Shown here piece by piece: positions 8,718 through 18,252 of a DNA stretch of 64,000 bases. Below the pieces are notes generated by a model. The model had not been told where the DNA came from, did no database searches, and saw nothing but the letters and a program-made list of their open reading frames with translations. This DNA is from an uncultured delta proteobacterium. GTDB taxonomy: Bacteria > Myxococcota_A > Polyangia > Polyangiales > Polyangiaceae. Position numbers and translations under genes: made by a program. Location: contig CAWDXG010000004.1 of the NCBI GenBank assembly GCA_963806225.1, positions 3,392,001 through 3,456,000 on the forward strand. The letters run 5' to 3'. The number at the start of each line of letters is the position of its first letter. The stretch's first letter is position 1.

Positions 8718-9806
8718 TCACTCCGGCTCGAGGTCGGCCGCGACCACATCGCCCGCCGAGACATGCTCGACGAGCAGCGACACCAGCCCAGCGAGCAGGC
8801 CCACGCTCATCTGGGCCACGTAGACGATGAACACGAACGCGGCGCCGCTCGAGACGACCCGGTCCGGTGCGAAGAAGAGAGCGAGCCCAGCGTAGAGCGA
8901 GAGCTGGAAAGCGCCGAAGAAGCCCGGTGCGCTCGGCACGAGGATCCCGAGGGCCAGCACGCCGATGACGACGCAGGCCCGGAAGAAGGTCACACCATCG
9001 AGACCCACACCCCACATGAGGAACTCGACCCCGGCAACATTGACCGCCCAGTAGACGAGCGTCACGAGCACGTACGGCCCCGAGTAGCGAAGCCGCGGCA
9101 GGAAGCCAAAGCCGCTAGCCACCCGTTCGACCGCGTCGGACAAGCTGTCGGCGAGGCGCGTCGAGACGAGACCGATGATGCGGCGGGTAGTGCGCCGCGC
9201 GAAGTCCCGGTGCCAGTAGAAGACCGCCATCGCCAGGAACGCCACGGCGAACAGCGTGGCCGCCGAATACGCAGCGCCAGGCACCACGGACGGCGAGACG
9301 GGCAGGTTCCCGATCTTTTCCGGCAGCGGCGAGAACGTCGACGCCAGCGGCAACGTAACGAGCAGGAGCACGCTCAGAATGAGGCCGTCGATGATGCGCT
9401 CGGCGCCGACGGTACCGGTCGCCGCCCATCCCGACAGCTCGTTCTTCTCGCGGATCATGGCGGGGCGCACGATCTCGCCAAGTCGAAACGGCAGCAGGAT
9501 CAACGCGCCGTTGCCGATCAGCGAAACCGTCACGATGCGCTTCAGCGGGACGACCCGGATTGGAGCGAGCAGGAAGTGCCAGCGCACCGAGCGCAGCAGC
9601 AGGACGGAGAGCCAGATCAAGGCGTACACCGGCACCGTCCACCCGCGCAGCCCGGAGAACGCGCTCCGCGCGGGCACGACCGGCAAGCCGCCAGCTTCCA
9701 AGAGCCAGATGAAGCCTGCCCCCACGACCACCGAAGCGAGCAAGGCGCGCACATGTCGCCGCGACCAGCCTCGACGACCTTTCGTCTGGGTCGCGCTCTC
9801 AGCCAT
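8718..9806 (-). CDS. LPG-synthase-TM/UPF0104 flippase-like membrane protein
   Basis: LRSVRWHFLL, LPFRLGEIVRP, ERIIDG, PSAPGFFGAFQ; multi-TM. Confidence 0.85.
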   Translation of the reverse strand: MAESATQTKGRRGWSRRHVRALLASVVVGAGFIWLLEAGGLPVVPARSAFSGLRGWTVPVYALIWLSVLLLRSVRWHFLLAPIRVVPLKRIVTVSLIGNGALILLPFRLGEIVRPAMIREKNELSGWAATGTVGAERIIDGLILSVLLLVTLPLASTFSPLPEKIGNLPVSPSVVPGAAYSAATLFAVAFLAMAVFYWHRDFARRTTRRIIGLVSTRLADSLSDAVERVASGFGFLPRLRYSGPYVLVTLVYWAVNVAGVEFLMWGVGLDGVTFFRACVVIGVLALGILVPSAPGFFGAFQLSLYAGLALFFAPDRVVSSGAAFVFIVYVAQMSVGLLAGLVSLLVEHVSAGDVVAADLEPE

Positions 9807-10779
9807 CGCCGGGCGCCGAGATGCCCCGTTCGCGGGGCGCATCGCTGCTCTTTGTGTGCGGCTTGCGCACTATGAAGATCGGTCTCTGCTTCAGCTCCTC
9901 GTACATCGCAGACAGGTACATCGCGATCACTCCCACGCTGGTGAGCAGGAGCCCACCCAGCATGAGCTGGAGGAGGATAACGGTCGTGAAGCCGCTGAGT
10001 GCCTCGCCTCGAAGATACCGGTACAGCGTCTGGACCGCGAGAGCGCCCGCGAACATGAGCGTCACGAAGCCAAGCAGCGCGACGAGCCTGAGCGGCAGCA
10101 CGGAAAACGCGACCAGGTTCCTCACGGAATAGCGGAAGAGCGCGAAGTTCGACCACTTGGTCTGCCCTCCCGCCCGATCCGCGACGGCAAACGGCACCTC
10201 CGCTGTCCGATAGCCCACCCAGGTCACCAAGCCGCGGAAGAAGCGCGCTCTTTCCGGCAGCTCCACGACGGTGTCGACCACCTGTCGATCGAGCAGCTTG
10301 AAGTCGGAAGCACCGCGGAAGTTGTGTCCGGCTGCGCCGCCCATGAGCACATTGAAGACACGCGCCATGGCGCGGTAGAGGAGACCCTCCCTGGCCCGTC
10401 GCTCCTTGACCGCGCTCACGACGTCGTAACCCTCGTCCCACAGCTCGAGCATGCGGGATATCACGTCCGGCGGGTGCTGCAGGTCCGCATCCATGACGAT
10501 CACCGCGGAGCCGCGCGCCGTGGCGAGGCCCGCCGCGAGCGCCGCTTCTTTACCGAAGTTGCGGGACAGCGGCACGACCACGACCCGCGGGTCTCGCGCG
10601 GCCAACTGTTCGAGGCGCTGCAACGTGCCGTCCCCGGAACCGTCGTCTACGCACACGATCTCGAAGGAGCGCCCGGTCGCTTCCAGAACACCCTGCACCG
10701 TGCCGACCGAGTGCCCGGCGAGCTCCTCCTCGTTGTACATCGGCAGAACCACCGACACGTTCACGGTCCCAGGACTCAC
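9799..10779 (-). CDS. GT2 polyprenol-phosphate glycosyltransferase (GtrB-like)
   Basis: VVLPMYNEE, VDDGS, LSRNFGKEAA, MDADLQHPP, two C-terminal TM helices, ELKQRP. Confidence 0.92.
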   Translation of the reverse strand: MSPGTVNVSVVLPMYNEEELAGHSVGTVQGVLEATGRSFEIVCVDDGSGDGTLQRLEQLAARDPRVVVVPLSRNFGKEAALAAGLATARGSAVIVMDADLQHPPDVISRMLELWDEGYDVVSAVKERRAREGLLYRAMARVFNVLMGGAAGHNFRGASDFKLLDRQVVDTVVELPERARFFRGLVTWVGYRTAEVPFAVADRAGGQTKWSNFALFRYSVRNLVAFSVLPLRLVALLGFVTLMFAGALAVQTLYRYLRGEALSGFTTVILLQLMLGGLLLTSVGVIAMYLSAMYEELKQRPIFIVRKPHTKSSDAPRERGISAPGDG

Positions 10780-10800
10780 GACATCTGCTCCGTCTCGAGT

Positions 10801-12570
10801 CTACCCACCCGTCCACGCGCGCCGCAGGCGCTTCACGTCGACGAGCAGGAAGCGCCCCTCCCGGAACACCACTGCTGACGGAGGCACCTGGGCAAACAAG
10901 AGATCGTTTCGAGTCTTGTCGCGCAGGATGCGCGCGGCGAAGGCGGACAGGGGCTGGAACGAGCCCGACGCCCGGCGGAAGTTCCCCCCGTAGCGCGCCT
11001 GGTTGATGAGGAAATAGCTGACATGATACTTCGCAGCATACCGGAAGACGACCTCCGGCCGGGTCGCGTAGAGCGCGCGCAGCGTGTCTTCCGCCCGCTG
11101 CTTCTCCCTGTGCCATGAGCCGACGAACCAGGGCTGCAGCGTCTCGAATCCACCCACATTCGCGCGCTCCGCGAAAAGTGGGATGTTGTCGCCGTCCATC
11201 GGGTGCGTGGCGATGCGCGCATCGAGCGGAAGCTTGCGAATCTTGTCGTAGAGCGCGGCGTCCGGACGGGAGTCGATCGTCATGCCGTTCTTGGGAATGA
11301 CTCCGTCGCCGAGAACCACCCACATCCCACCCATGGCGAGAGCGGCTCCAAAGTTCCGGACCGTGTAGCGTGACCAGCTCCGGCTCCACCACCACAGGCA
11401 GGCAAATGAGGCGGTGACCAGGGCGAGCTCGGCGGCGCGCATCCCGAAGCTGTAGTAACGCTCCGGCGAATAGAGGTGGAACGCGAAGATGCGCGATGCC
11501 GCGTAGATCAGAGCCGAAGACGTGAAGAGCGTCAGACAGGCCCACTGCGGCGGAGTCAGCCGGAGCAGCGGCAACAACAGCAAGAGAGCGATCGCAGCAA
11601 TGATGACGGCGCTCTCGTACTCGTTGTAGGACCGGGCGGCCGCCGGCGAGAGCACCGGCTTTCCGGCAGGCCGGAGTGGTGCGGCAAAGTGCCTTCCGAA
11701 TTCGCTGGTGGGGTCGGAAAAAGGCAGGATCCACAGACGCCCCGAGCGCCCGAACGCCGGTTCCTTCTTCGCCTGTGCGAGCGTGTAGAGCGGCCCCCGT
11801 TCCGCACCGCCCGACGTCAACGCTGGCAAGACGCCCACGAGGCAGACCGCGACCAGCACCGCGTACCTCGCCAGTCGACGCAGCACGAGGCGCCAGGGGA
11901 TCCGGAACGCCCCGCGCACGGCCAAAATGCCTTCCGCACCGAGGGTCATCAGCATGACGGACGGGTAGGTCACCGACGCGAGCACGATCGCGGTCCGTCG
12001 CGTCCAGGGCTTCGCGGCGACGGCGCCGGCTATCCACAAGGCAAAGCACGGAAACCCGAACGCCCTCGGCAGCCCGCCCGCGATACGGTTGATGAAGAAC
12101 GTGTCGTGCAGCGCGAGGAACACCAGCAGCAAGCCGCCGCCGAGGCCCGCGCGCCGGCTCCGGACGAGCACGACGCCCGCATATGCCGTGATCGCGAGAC
12201 AGATCCCCTGCACGTACTTGGACGCGACGAACAGGCCGACCGCGGGAACAAGGATCCTGTAGAGCGCCCGCACCCCCAGCGGGACGAACTCCAGCATCTC
12301 CTTGGCGATGGGATCGTGAGCGAGTGCGTGGGACGGCTCGTAGCGGTGGAAGCCGAACAGGGCCGTCCGCGCGTCGTCGTTCTGCAGAGCGGGGTTCGTC
12401 AGCATCTCGCTGTTGCCCGACAGCCAGTGCCAGGCATACGCGATGAACAGACCCCAGACGACGGCCGCGCTGACCCAGTGCAGCCAGTGGCGCGGGAGAC
12501 CGTCGCGGAAGCGCTTGATGGCTCCTCGCCAGTAGTCCAGCCTCGCAAACTTTGCGAAGAACGCTCTCAC
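10801..12570 (-). CDS. Polytopic membrane protein, possible GT-C glycosyltransferase
   Basis: Many TM segments, NDD acidic motif in the first loop, soluble C-terminal domain; lies between two GT2 genes. Confidence 0.6.
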   Translation of the reverse strand: MRAFFAKFARLDYWRGAIKRFRDGLPRHWLHWVSAAVVWGLFIAYAWHWLSGNSEMLTNPALQNDDARTALFGFHRYEPSHALAHDPIAKEMLEFVPLGVRALYRILVPAVGLFVASKYVQGICLAITAYAGVVLVRSRRAGLGGGLLLVFLALHDTFFINRIAGGLPRAFGFPCFALWIAGAVAAKPWTRRTAIVLASVTYPSVMLMTLGAEGILAVRGAFRIPWRLVLRRLARYAVLVAVCLVGVLPALTSGGAERGPLYTLAQAKKEPAFGRSGRLWILPFSDPTSEFGRHFAAPLRPAGKPVLSPAAARSYNEYESAVIIAAIALLLLLPLLRLTPPQWACLTLFTSSALIYAASRIFAFHLYSPERYYSFGMRAAELALVTASFACLWWWSRSWSRYTVRNFGAALAMGGMWVVLGDGVIPKNGMTIDSRPDAALYDKIRKLPLDARIATHPMDGDNIPLFAERANVGGFETLQPWFVGSWHREKQRAEDTLRALYATRPEVVFRYAAKYHVSYFLINQARYGGNFRRASGSFQPLSAFAARILRDKTRNDLLFAQVPPSAVVFREGRFLLVDVKRLRRAWTGG

Positions 12571-13602
12571 GACTGGGCCAGATCCGCGGAGGCGCTTTCG
12601 TGCGTAGCCGCGCTCCCGGGCAGGTATCCGGCGCCCACGATGCATTCGCGGACATAGTACGGCGGCTTGCCCTGGGACTCGTAGTACGTGCGCATCATGA
12701 CGTCCGCCACAAGCCCGAGCGAGACCAGCTGCACGCCCACCACGATGAGCAGCACCCCGAGCAGCAGCAGCGGTCGCTCGCCGATCGACTGGTGGTAGAC
12801 GAGCTTGTCGACTGCGAGGACGAGGCACAAGACGAAGCCGATGAACCCGCTCAGCAGACCGCCCAGCCCGAACACCTGCATCGGCTTGACCAGGTAGCTC
12901 TGCATGAAGCGCACGGTGATCAGATCGAGCACGACCCGCAGCGTACGACCGATGCCGTATTTGGATTTGCCGAAGCGGCGGGCGCGGTGGTTGACCTTCA
13001 TCTCCACGACGGTCGCTCCCACCCAGCTGGCCACGGCGGGGATGAAGCGATGCATCTCGCCGTAGAGGTGCAGTTCCTTGGCCACCTCCCTCTGCATCAC
13101 CTTCAGAGTGCAGCCGTAGTCGTGGAGGTGGACCTTGGTCGTGATGCTGATGATGCGGTTCGCGATCATCGACGGCAGCTTGCGGTTGATGAACGGGTCC
13201 TGCCGATTGGCCCGCCAGCCCGCCACCATGTCGTGGCCTTCGTCCAGCTTGGCGAGCATGGTGGGAATGTCCCGCGGGTCGTTCTGCAGGTCGGCATCGA
13301 GCGTGGCGAGGCTCTTGCCGCGCGCAGCGTCGAAGCCGGCCTGCATCGCCGCCGTCTGGCCGAAATTGCGGCGGAAGCGGATCAGCACCAGCGACGGATC
13401 CGTCTTCGCCGCCTCGACGAGCAGCTTGTAGCTGCCGTCGCTCGAGCCGTCGTCCACGAGGATGAGCTCGTAGGAGAGCCCGGTGGGGTCGAGGGCGGCG
13501 TGCAGCTCTTCGAGCAGCAGCGGGACGTTCTCCACCTCGTTGTACACCGGCACGACGACAGAGAGGTCGAGCGTGGCCGTGACGGTGGCGGGCGAGCTCA
13601 TA
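12567..13602 (-). CDS. GT2 polyprenol-phosphate glycosyltransferase (ArnC-like)
   Basis: VVVPVYNE, DDGSSD, RRNFGQTAA, LDADLQNDP, DYGCTLK, YGEMHRFIP. Confidence 0.92.
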
Positions 13603-13761
13603 TGGATAGGGTCCTGAGTAGGCGTCGGGAATCCAGGCACGGTGTTTAGCGGAAGGGCTTCGCGACACCAAGCTTCTCCCCGCCGGGCCACGTCGCGCCG
13701 CGCAGGCCTATCCGCGGAAGCTGAACGCAAATTCAGCATTCTCGACCGGAAGCAGACTGCC

Positions 13762-14721
13762 CTAGCGGTCAGCCGCCGGGGTCCCGCCGAACGGTCGTGC
13801 GACAAGCCACGCGCCGATGTCGCCAATCAACGACGCCGCGCGCGAGATGGCCGCGGCGCTGAGCGCTGCCGCCGAGCCGGTGCTGGACGCCAGGCCCACC
13901 GAGAGAATGGCCTCGCGCACCCCGACACCCGCGGGAGCGGCGAGCGCAATGAAGCCGCCGAGCGGCGCCAGCACGTACAGCCCCATGCCCGCCAGCGCGG
14001 ACTCTGGATCGGCACCGATGGCGCGACTGGCAAGGTAGCCGTGCACCGCCCAGGTCGACCAGTAAAGCACGTGCACCAACGGCAACCGGAGCGGCACGAG
14101 CGCGCCCTCACCCTTCGCGCCGAGGATGCGCCGCACGAAGCCGGGGTAGCGGCGTTGGTCCACGAGCAGCAGCACCAGCACCGCCGCCAGCGACGCGGCG
14201 ATGAGCGGCGGCGACCAGCGACCGAGCATCCGGGCCACGCCCGGCGCCAGGTGTCCCGTGCCGAGCAAGAGCCCGAAGCCGACCACGCTGCCCACCGAGA
14301 GCCAGGACAGCATCTCGACTCCAATCGAGCTGCCGATGCGCGCGGCGGGCACCCCGACGCGGTCCGCGCCCGCCATGCGCACGAGCGGCAAGCCCACCTT
14401 GCCCGGCGTGTAGCGGGCGAGCTGCGAGTCGAGATACAGGGCCAGCGAGGGCCCCGCCGGCACGCGCCGTCCGCTCATGCGACCGATAAGCGCGATCCAG
14501 CCGAACCCCTGGATGAGCGACCCGACGAAGAGCGGAATCAACGATAGCAATGCAGGCAGCCAGACGACGTGGACGGTGCCGGACTCCCAGCGCCGGACGA
14601 TGTCCCAGGCCGCGAACACGACGAAGCCGAGCCCGATGACCATCATCACGGGCTTCACCAGCCGGCGGACGCGCTCTGTGCCGCGTATGGAGTCGTCGTC
14701 GTTCGCCGGCGCTCCGCTCAC
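13762..14721 (-). CDS. LPG-synthase-TM/UPF0104 flippase-like protein
   Basis: SQLARYTPGKVG, PAGVGVREA; multi-TM; GTG overlaps the upstream TGA. Confidence 0.8.
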   Translation of the reverse strand: MSGAPANDDDSIRGTERVRRLVKPVMMVIGLGFVVFAAWDIVRRWESGTVHVVWLPALLSLIPLFVGSLIQGFGWIALIGRMSGRRVPAGPSLALYLDSQLARYTPGKVGLPLVRMAGADRVGVPAARIGSSIGVEMLSWLSVGSVVGFGLLLGTGHLAPGVARMLGRWSPPLIAASLAAVLVLLLVDQRRYPGFVRRILGAKGEGALVPLRLPLVHVLYWSTWAVHGYLASRAIGADPESALAGMGLYVLAPLGGFIALAAPAGVGVREAILSVGLASSTGSAAALSAAAISRAASLIGDIGAWLVARPFGGTPAADR

Positions 14722-16742
14722 AAATGCCAGTCCTCGAGCAGCTTCTTGTTGTCCTTGGTACTGTGGCCCTTCTCGAGCAGCGCAAAATCCGCAATCCGCT
14801 TCACGACGCCGTACTTGCCGCTCTTCACCGCCTTGGTGAACTTCGGCTTGGTGTTGTCGAGATTCAACCCGCGTTGGGAAATCAGGATGTACTCGGCGTT
14901 GTGCGGGCCCTGGCGCAGCGAATAGATGAGCTTGCGGGAAGAGACGTGCGGCCCGACGTTCTCGCTCGCAGCGACCGAGGCGTCCCTGGGGATGAGCTTC
15001 TTGATCTGCTGGAGGTTTGCGTAGCGTTCGCGCTCGGCGGCCGTGTAGGTGAAATCGATGTTGAAGAAGCCGCCCTTGAACGTGCTTCGGCGGGGGAAGG
15101 CACCGAGATTGAACTGCATCACGGCCGACGAGAGCGCCATCGCCGTCACCGCCGCGTACATCCGGCTCTTGCCGTGGTCGGGGCTCCTCCCGATCGCCGC
15201 AAGCGCGACCGGAGCAGCCAGGAATAGATACGGGGTCCACTTCATCACGTACTCGAACGAGTAACCAATGGTCGGACCATAGTCGGTGGTAAACAGCGTC
15301 AGCACCGTGCCGGGAATGAACGCTGCCCACAGGTACCAGCGTCGCGCCGGCAACACGGCCAGCGGCACCAGCAGGTACATCAGATAGATGATCTTCTTCT
15401 TTATGAAGATCTTCGAGAACGTGAACACCGGGTTCGAGAGCGCGGTCTTGAGCACGCTCTTGAAGCCGTTCTCCGGGGCGGCCCACAGCCCCTTGTACAT
15501 GTTGGAAAACCACCAGTGTCCGGCGCTGGGCATGATGTAGAAGCGCAGGATGATGAACCACGTCATCGACACGGCGGCCATCACGAAGCCCGCGCGCGGC
15601 CGGTAGCCGCTCAGCACCAGGAACACGCCGACGACCGCCAGCCCTATGGGAATGTCCTCGCGCATCAGCGCCGCGGCGACGAACGCGAGGGCGAACAGGA
15701 CCCAGCGCTTCGCGTCCACGGCCCAGACCGTAGCCAGGACGAAGAAGCAGGCGATCGGCAGCCACTTCACCTCGTAGAAGTTGGCGCCCTGCATCGGGTA
15801 GTAGCAGAGGTATGAAAGCGCGATCAGGGCAGCGACCCACCTGGAGACGCGTTTCTTCGCGAAGGCGTACAGGGGCAATGCCCCCAGCCCGAGCAACACC
15901 GACTGGATGACGATCAGGGTCTCGCACTTCGGGAACAGCGCGTAGATCGGCAGGAACAGGTAGCCGCCGAACTTGGCATGCGTCGCGAGGTATCGCTCCG
16001 GATGGTCGGGAAAGACTATCGGGCTGTGCATGAAGACGCCCTTCAGGGCGCCGTACATGAGGTTGTTGTTGATCGACAGATCGAAATTGTGTGTCCTGAA
16101 CTTGTAGTGCCAGCGCAGCGTGTAGAAGGTCATGAACGCCGCGTAGAAAAGCGTTCCGGCGACCACGACTGCGAACGGACCGTGTTTCCTGAGGAAAGCA
16201 GGCACCCGCTCCCGGAGCCACGCGAGCCAGCGTTCCACGCGCTCGGGCACCGAGCGCAGCGAACGAGCCACCAGCACTTCCACCACCAGGATGGTGGCCA
16301 GCATCAGCTCCAGCAGGTCGGAGTGATGATCCTTCCAGGGCTTGTAGCGGAACAGCACCGGGAACGCGGGCAGCAGGATCAGCGGCGAGAGGAACCACAG
16401 AAGACGCTCCAACGGCCGGATGGATCGCTTCTTTTGCCACAGCACGATCAGCACGACGCCGACGATCAGCGCGGCGAGCCCCGCGCCGCCGAGCAGGCTG
16501 ACGATGAGCGTCATGCGGCGCTTCATCTCGAGCTCGTTGTGCACGAGGAAGCGCGTCACCCACTTGGCGCGGAACGTGAACTGTCCCCACACGATCAGCG
16601 CCGCGCCGATCAGTCCGCCCAGCGTCAGCGAACGCGTGACGCTTCCGAAGCCGCTCTGGGCCGCGACCGCTTCGTCGGCGAGGTCCGCGCCCCCTTCGCC
16701 CTGGTCAGGCTTCTCCGGATCAGAGCCGGACCCTGATGACAT
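14718..16742 (-). CDS. DUF2079-like polytopic membrane protein (probable GT-C fold)
   Basis: HNFDLSINNN, ETLIVIQSVLLGLGALPLY, ALMRED, DASVAASEN. Confidence 0.7.
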   Translation of the reverse strand: MSSGSGSDPEKPDQGEGGADLADEAVAAQSGFGSVTRSLTLGGLIGAALIVWGQFTFRAKWVTRFLVHNELEMKRRMTLIVSLLGGAGLAALIVGVVLIVLWQKKRSIRPLERLLWFLSPLILLPAFPVLFRYKPWKDHHSDLLELMLATILVVEVLVARSLRSVPERVERWLAWLRERVPAFLRKHGPFAVVVAGTLFYAAFMTFYTLRWHYKFRTHNFDLSINNNLMYGALKGVFMHSPIVFPDHPERYLATHAKFGGYLFLPIYALFPKCETLIVIQSVLLGLGALPLYAFAKKRVSRWVAALIALSYLCYYPMQGANFYEVKWLPIACFFVLATVWAVDAKRWVLFALAFVAAALMREDIPIGLAVVGVFLVLSGYRPRAGFVMAAVSMTWFIILRFYIMPSAGHWWFSNMYKGLWAAPENGFKSVLKTALSNPVFTFSKIFIKKKIIYLMYLLVPLAVLPARRWYLWAAFIPGTVLTLFTTDYGPTIGYSFEYVMKWTPYLFLAAPVALAAIGRSPDHGKSRMYAAVTAMALSSAVMQFNLGAFPRRSTFKGGFFNIDFTYTAAERERYANLQQIKKLIPRDASVAASENVGPHVSSRKLIYSLRQGPHNAEYILISQRGLNLDNTKPKFTKAVKSGKYGVVKRIADFALLEKGHSTKDNKKLLEDWHL

Positions 16743-17004
16743 AGCCGGCTCGTTTACCACGCGTCGTGCTCGGGCGTGACAGATACCCTTGCCGCAAAAG
16801 TCCACCCACACGGCAAGAAGGTCCTACCTTCTTGCCGCCGCGCCCCGGCAGCCGCCCCCGGACGGCGGGCCAGTGTGCTACTAGAAGCCAGGCGACGTTC
16901 GGATAGCTTCGCAGGCGCGCCGCCCGGCGCCGGCGGGCCGAAAGCCCGGTCCAGGCGACCCCCCCCGGTCCAGCGGGCCTGCGTCAGAGGAAAGGTTCAG
17001 CAAG

Positions 17005-17670
17005 ATGCGGCGAGCGATGACCCGGTCGGTCCTCGTAGGTGCAACGCTGGTACTGCTTGGCTCGGCCTGCGGCGGGCGGTCCACGATCGACTTCGGCGTT
17101 CCGCCGAGTGGAAACGGGACGGGCGGCACGACGAACACGGGCGGAAACGGCGGCGTCGTCAACACCGGGGGTACGGGCGGCGTCATCAGCTCGGGTGGCT
17201 CGGGTGGCTCGGGTGGCGTGGTCAGTACCGGCGGCGCAGGCGGCGTGTCCACGGGCGGCACGGCGGGTGTCGGCGCGACCGGCGGAGTCGGCGGCGGCAG
17301 CGGAGGGGTCGGCGGCTCGACGGGAGGCAGCGGCGGCAGCGGCGGCACCGGACCGCTCGCGTGCGTCCAGTGCATCGGCAGCCAGTGTCCGCAGGTGCAG
17401 CAGTGCATCATGGACCAGGCGTGCCGTCAGGGTGCGATCTGCGCGATCCAGAACTGTCTGGCAGGCGGCAGCGGCGGCCCGGGCGGCGTCGACTTCCAGT
17501 GCCTGTCGAAATGTTTCAACGGGAACCTCAGCGCAGGCTTCCAGGCGCTGCAGGGACTGCAGTGCGTGTTCTCCAAGTGCGGCAACCAGTGCCAGAACGG
17601 CATCCCCGGTCTGCCCGGCGGCGGCGGCCTGCCCGGCGGCGGCGGAACCGGCGCAGCCGGCGGCGGCTGA
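17005..17670 (+). CDS. Lipoprotein with a Gly-rich linker and a small Cys-rich helical domain
   Basis: Lipobox LLGSAC, TGG repeats, CxxC-rich C-terminus. Confidence 0.8.
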   Translation: MRRAMTRSVLVGATLVLLGSACGGRSTIDFGVPPSGNGTGGTTNTGGNGGVVNTGGTGGVISSGGSGGSGGVVSTGGAGGVSTGGTAGVGATGGVGGGSGGVGGSTGGSGGSGGTGPLACVQCIGSQCPQVQQCIMDQACRQGAICAIQNCLAGGSGGPGGVDFQCLSKCFNGNLSAGFQALQGLQCVFSKCGNQCQNGIPGLPGGGGLPGGGGTGAAGGG

Positions 17671-17789
17671 CCCCTCGCGGCTTCGCGCTCACGCCGCGCT
17701 CGCGCCGCGCCGCGCTGAGCGGCCCGGCTTCATCACAGCGGCGCTGCGGTGGGGTTCGGCGCTGCGGCGCCTGGGTTTCCATAAGGGAA

Positions 17790-17889
17790 GTCATGGGCGC
17801 CTGGACGTCCGGATTCCGGACATTCCAGGGCCCATGACCGGTCATGCGTGCCCAGACGTCCGCTTTTCGGACATTTCGAGGGGTATGAT
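17790..17889. repeat. Two tandem REP-like hairpins, 51-bp period
   Basis: GTCATGGGC..CCTGGA.GTCCG-N5-CGGAC.TCCAGG.GCCCATGAC followed by a degenerate second copy from 17841. Confidence 0.65.
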
Positions 17890-17925
17890 TCTCCACATGG
17901 AAGTCGCCCAGCGACCTTTCTTCGG

Positions 17926-18013
17926 CCCCCCCCGCGCCCACGCCGCGCCCCCCCCGCGCCCACGCCGCGCCCCCCCCCGCGCCCACGCCGCGCCCCCCCC
18001 GCGCCCACGCCGC
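17926..18013. repeat. About 22-bp tandem repeat, 4 copies (C8-9 GCGCCCACGCCGCG)
   Basis: Directly visible in the sequence. Confidence 0.9.
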
Positions 18014-18252
18014 CCTGCCTCGTAGGGGACCCTCGCGGGCGCGCAGGCCGGCGCGTCGTGGGGCGTCGTGGAGCACCGGCCGGCCGAGCACCCGCGTGAG
18101 GGACCCGGGCGCGCGCCAGCGCGACCGGCGCCAGCTCGCCGCCCATTTGCCGGGGGAGCACCCCATCCGGAAAATCCTGCCTCGCCCGGGCGTTTGTCAT
18201 GGACGGGATGCCAGGCTGGCAGCACAGAGCGGGGACGCGTAGGCTTCGCGGA

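Noticed and set aside
17926..18013. CRISPR array (also considered for 4046-4138 and 17790-17889)
   Set aside because: No unique spacers, too few units and no cas genes.
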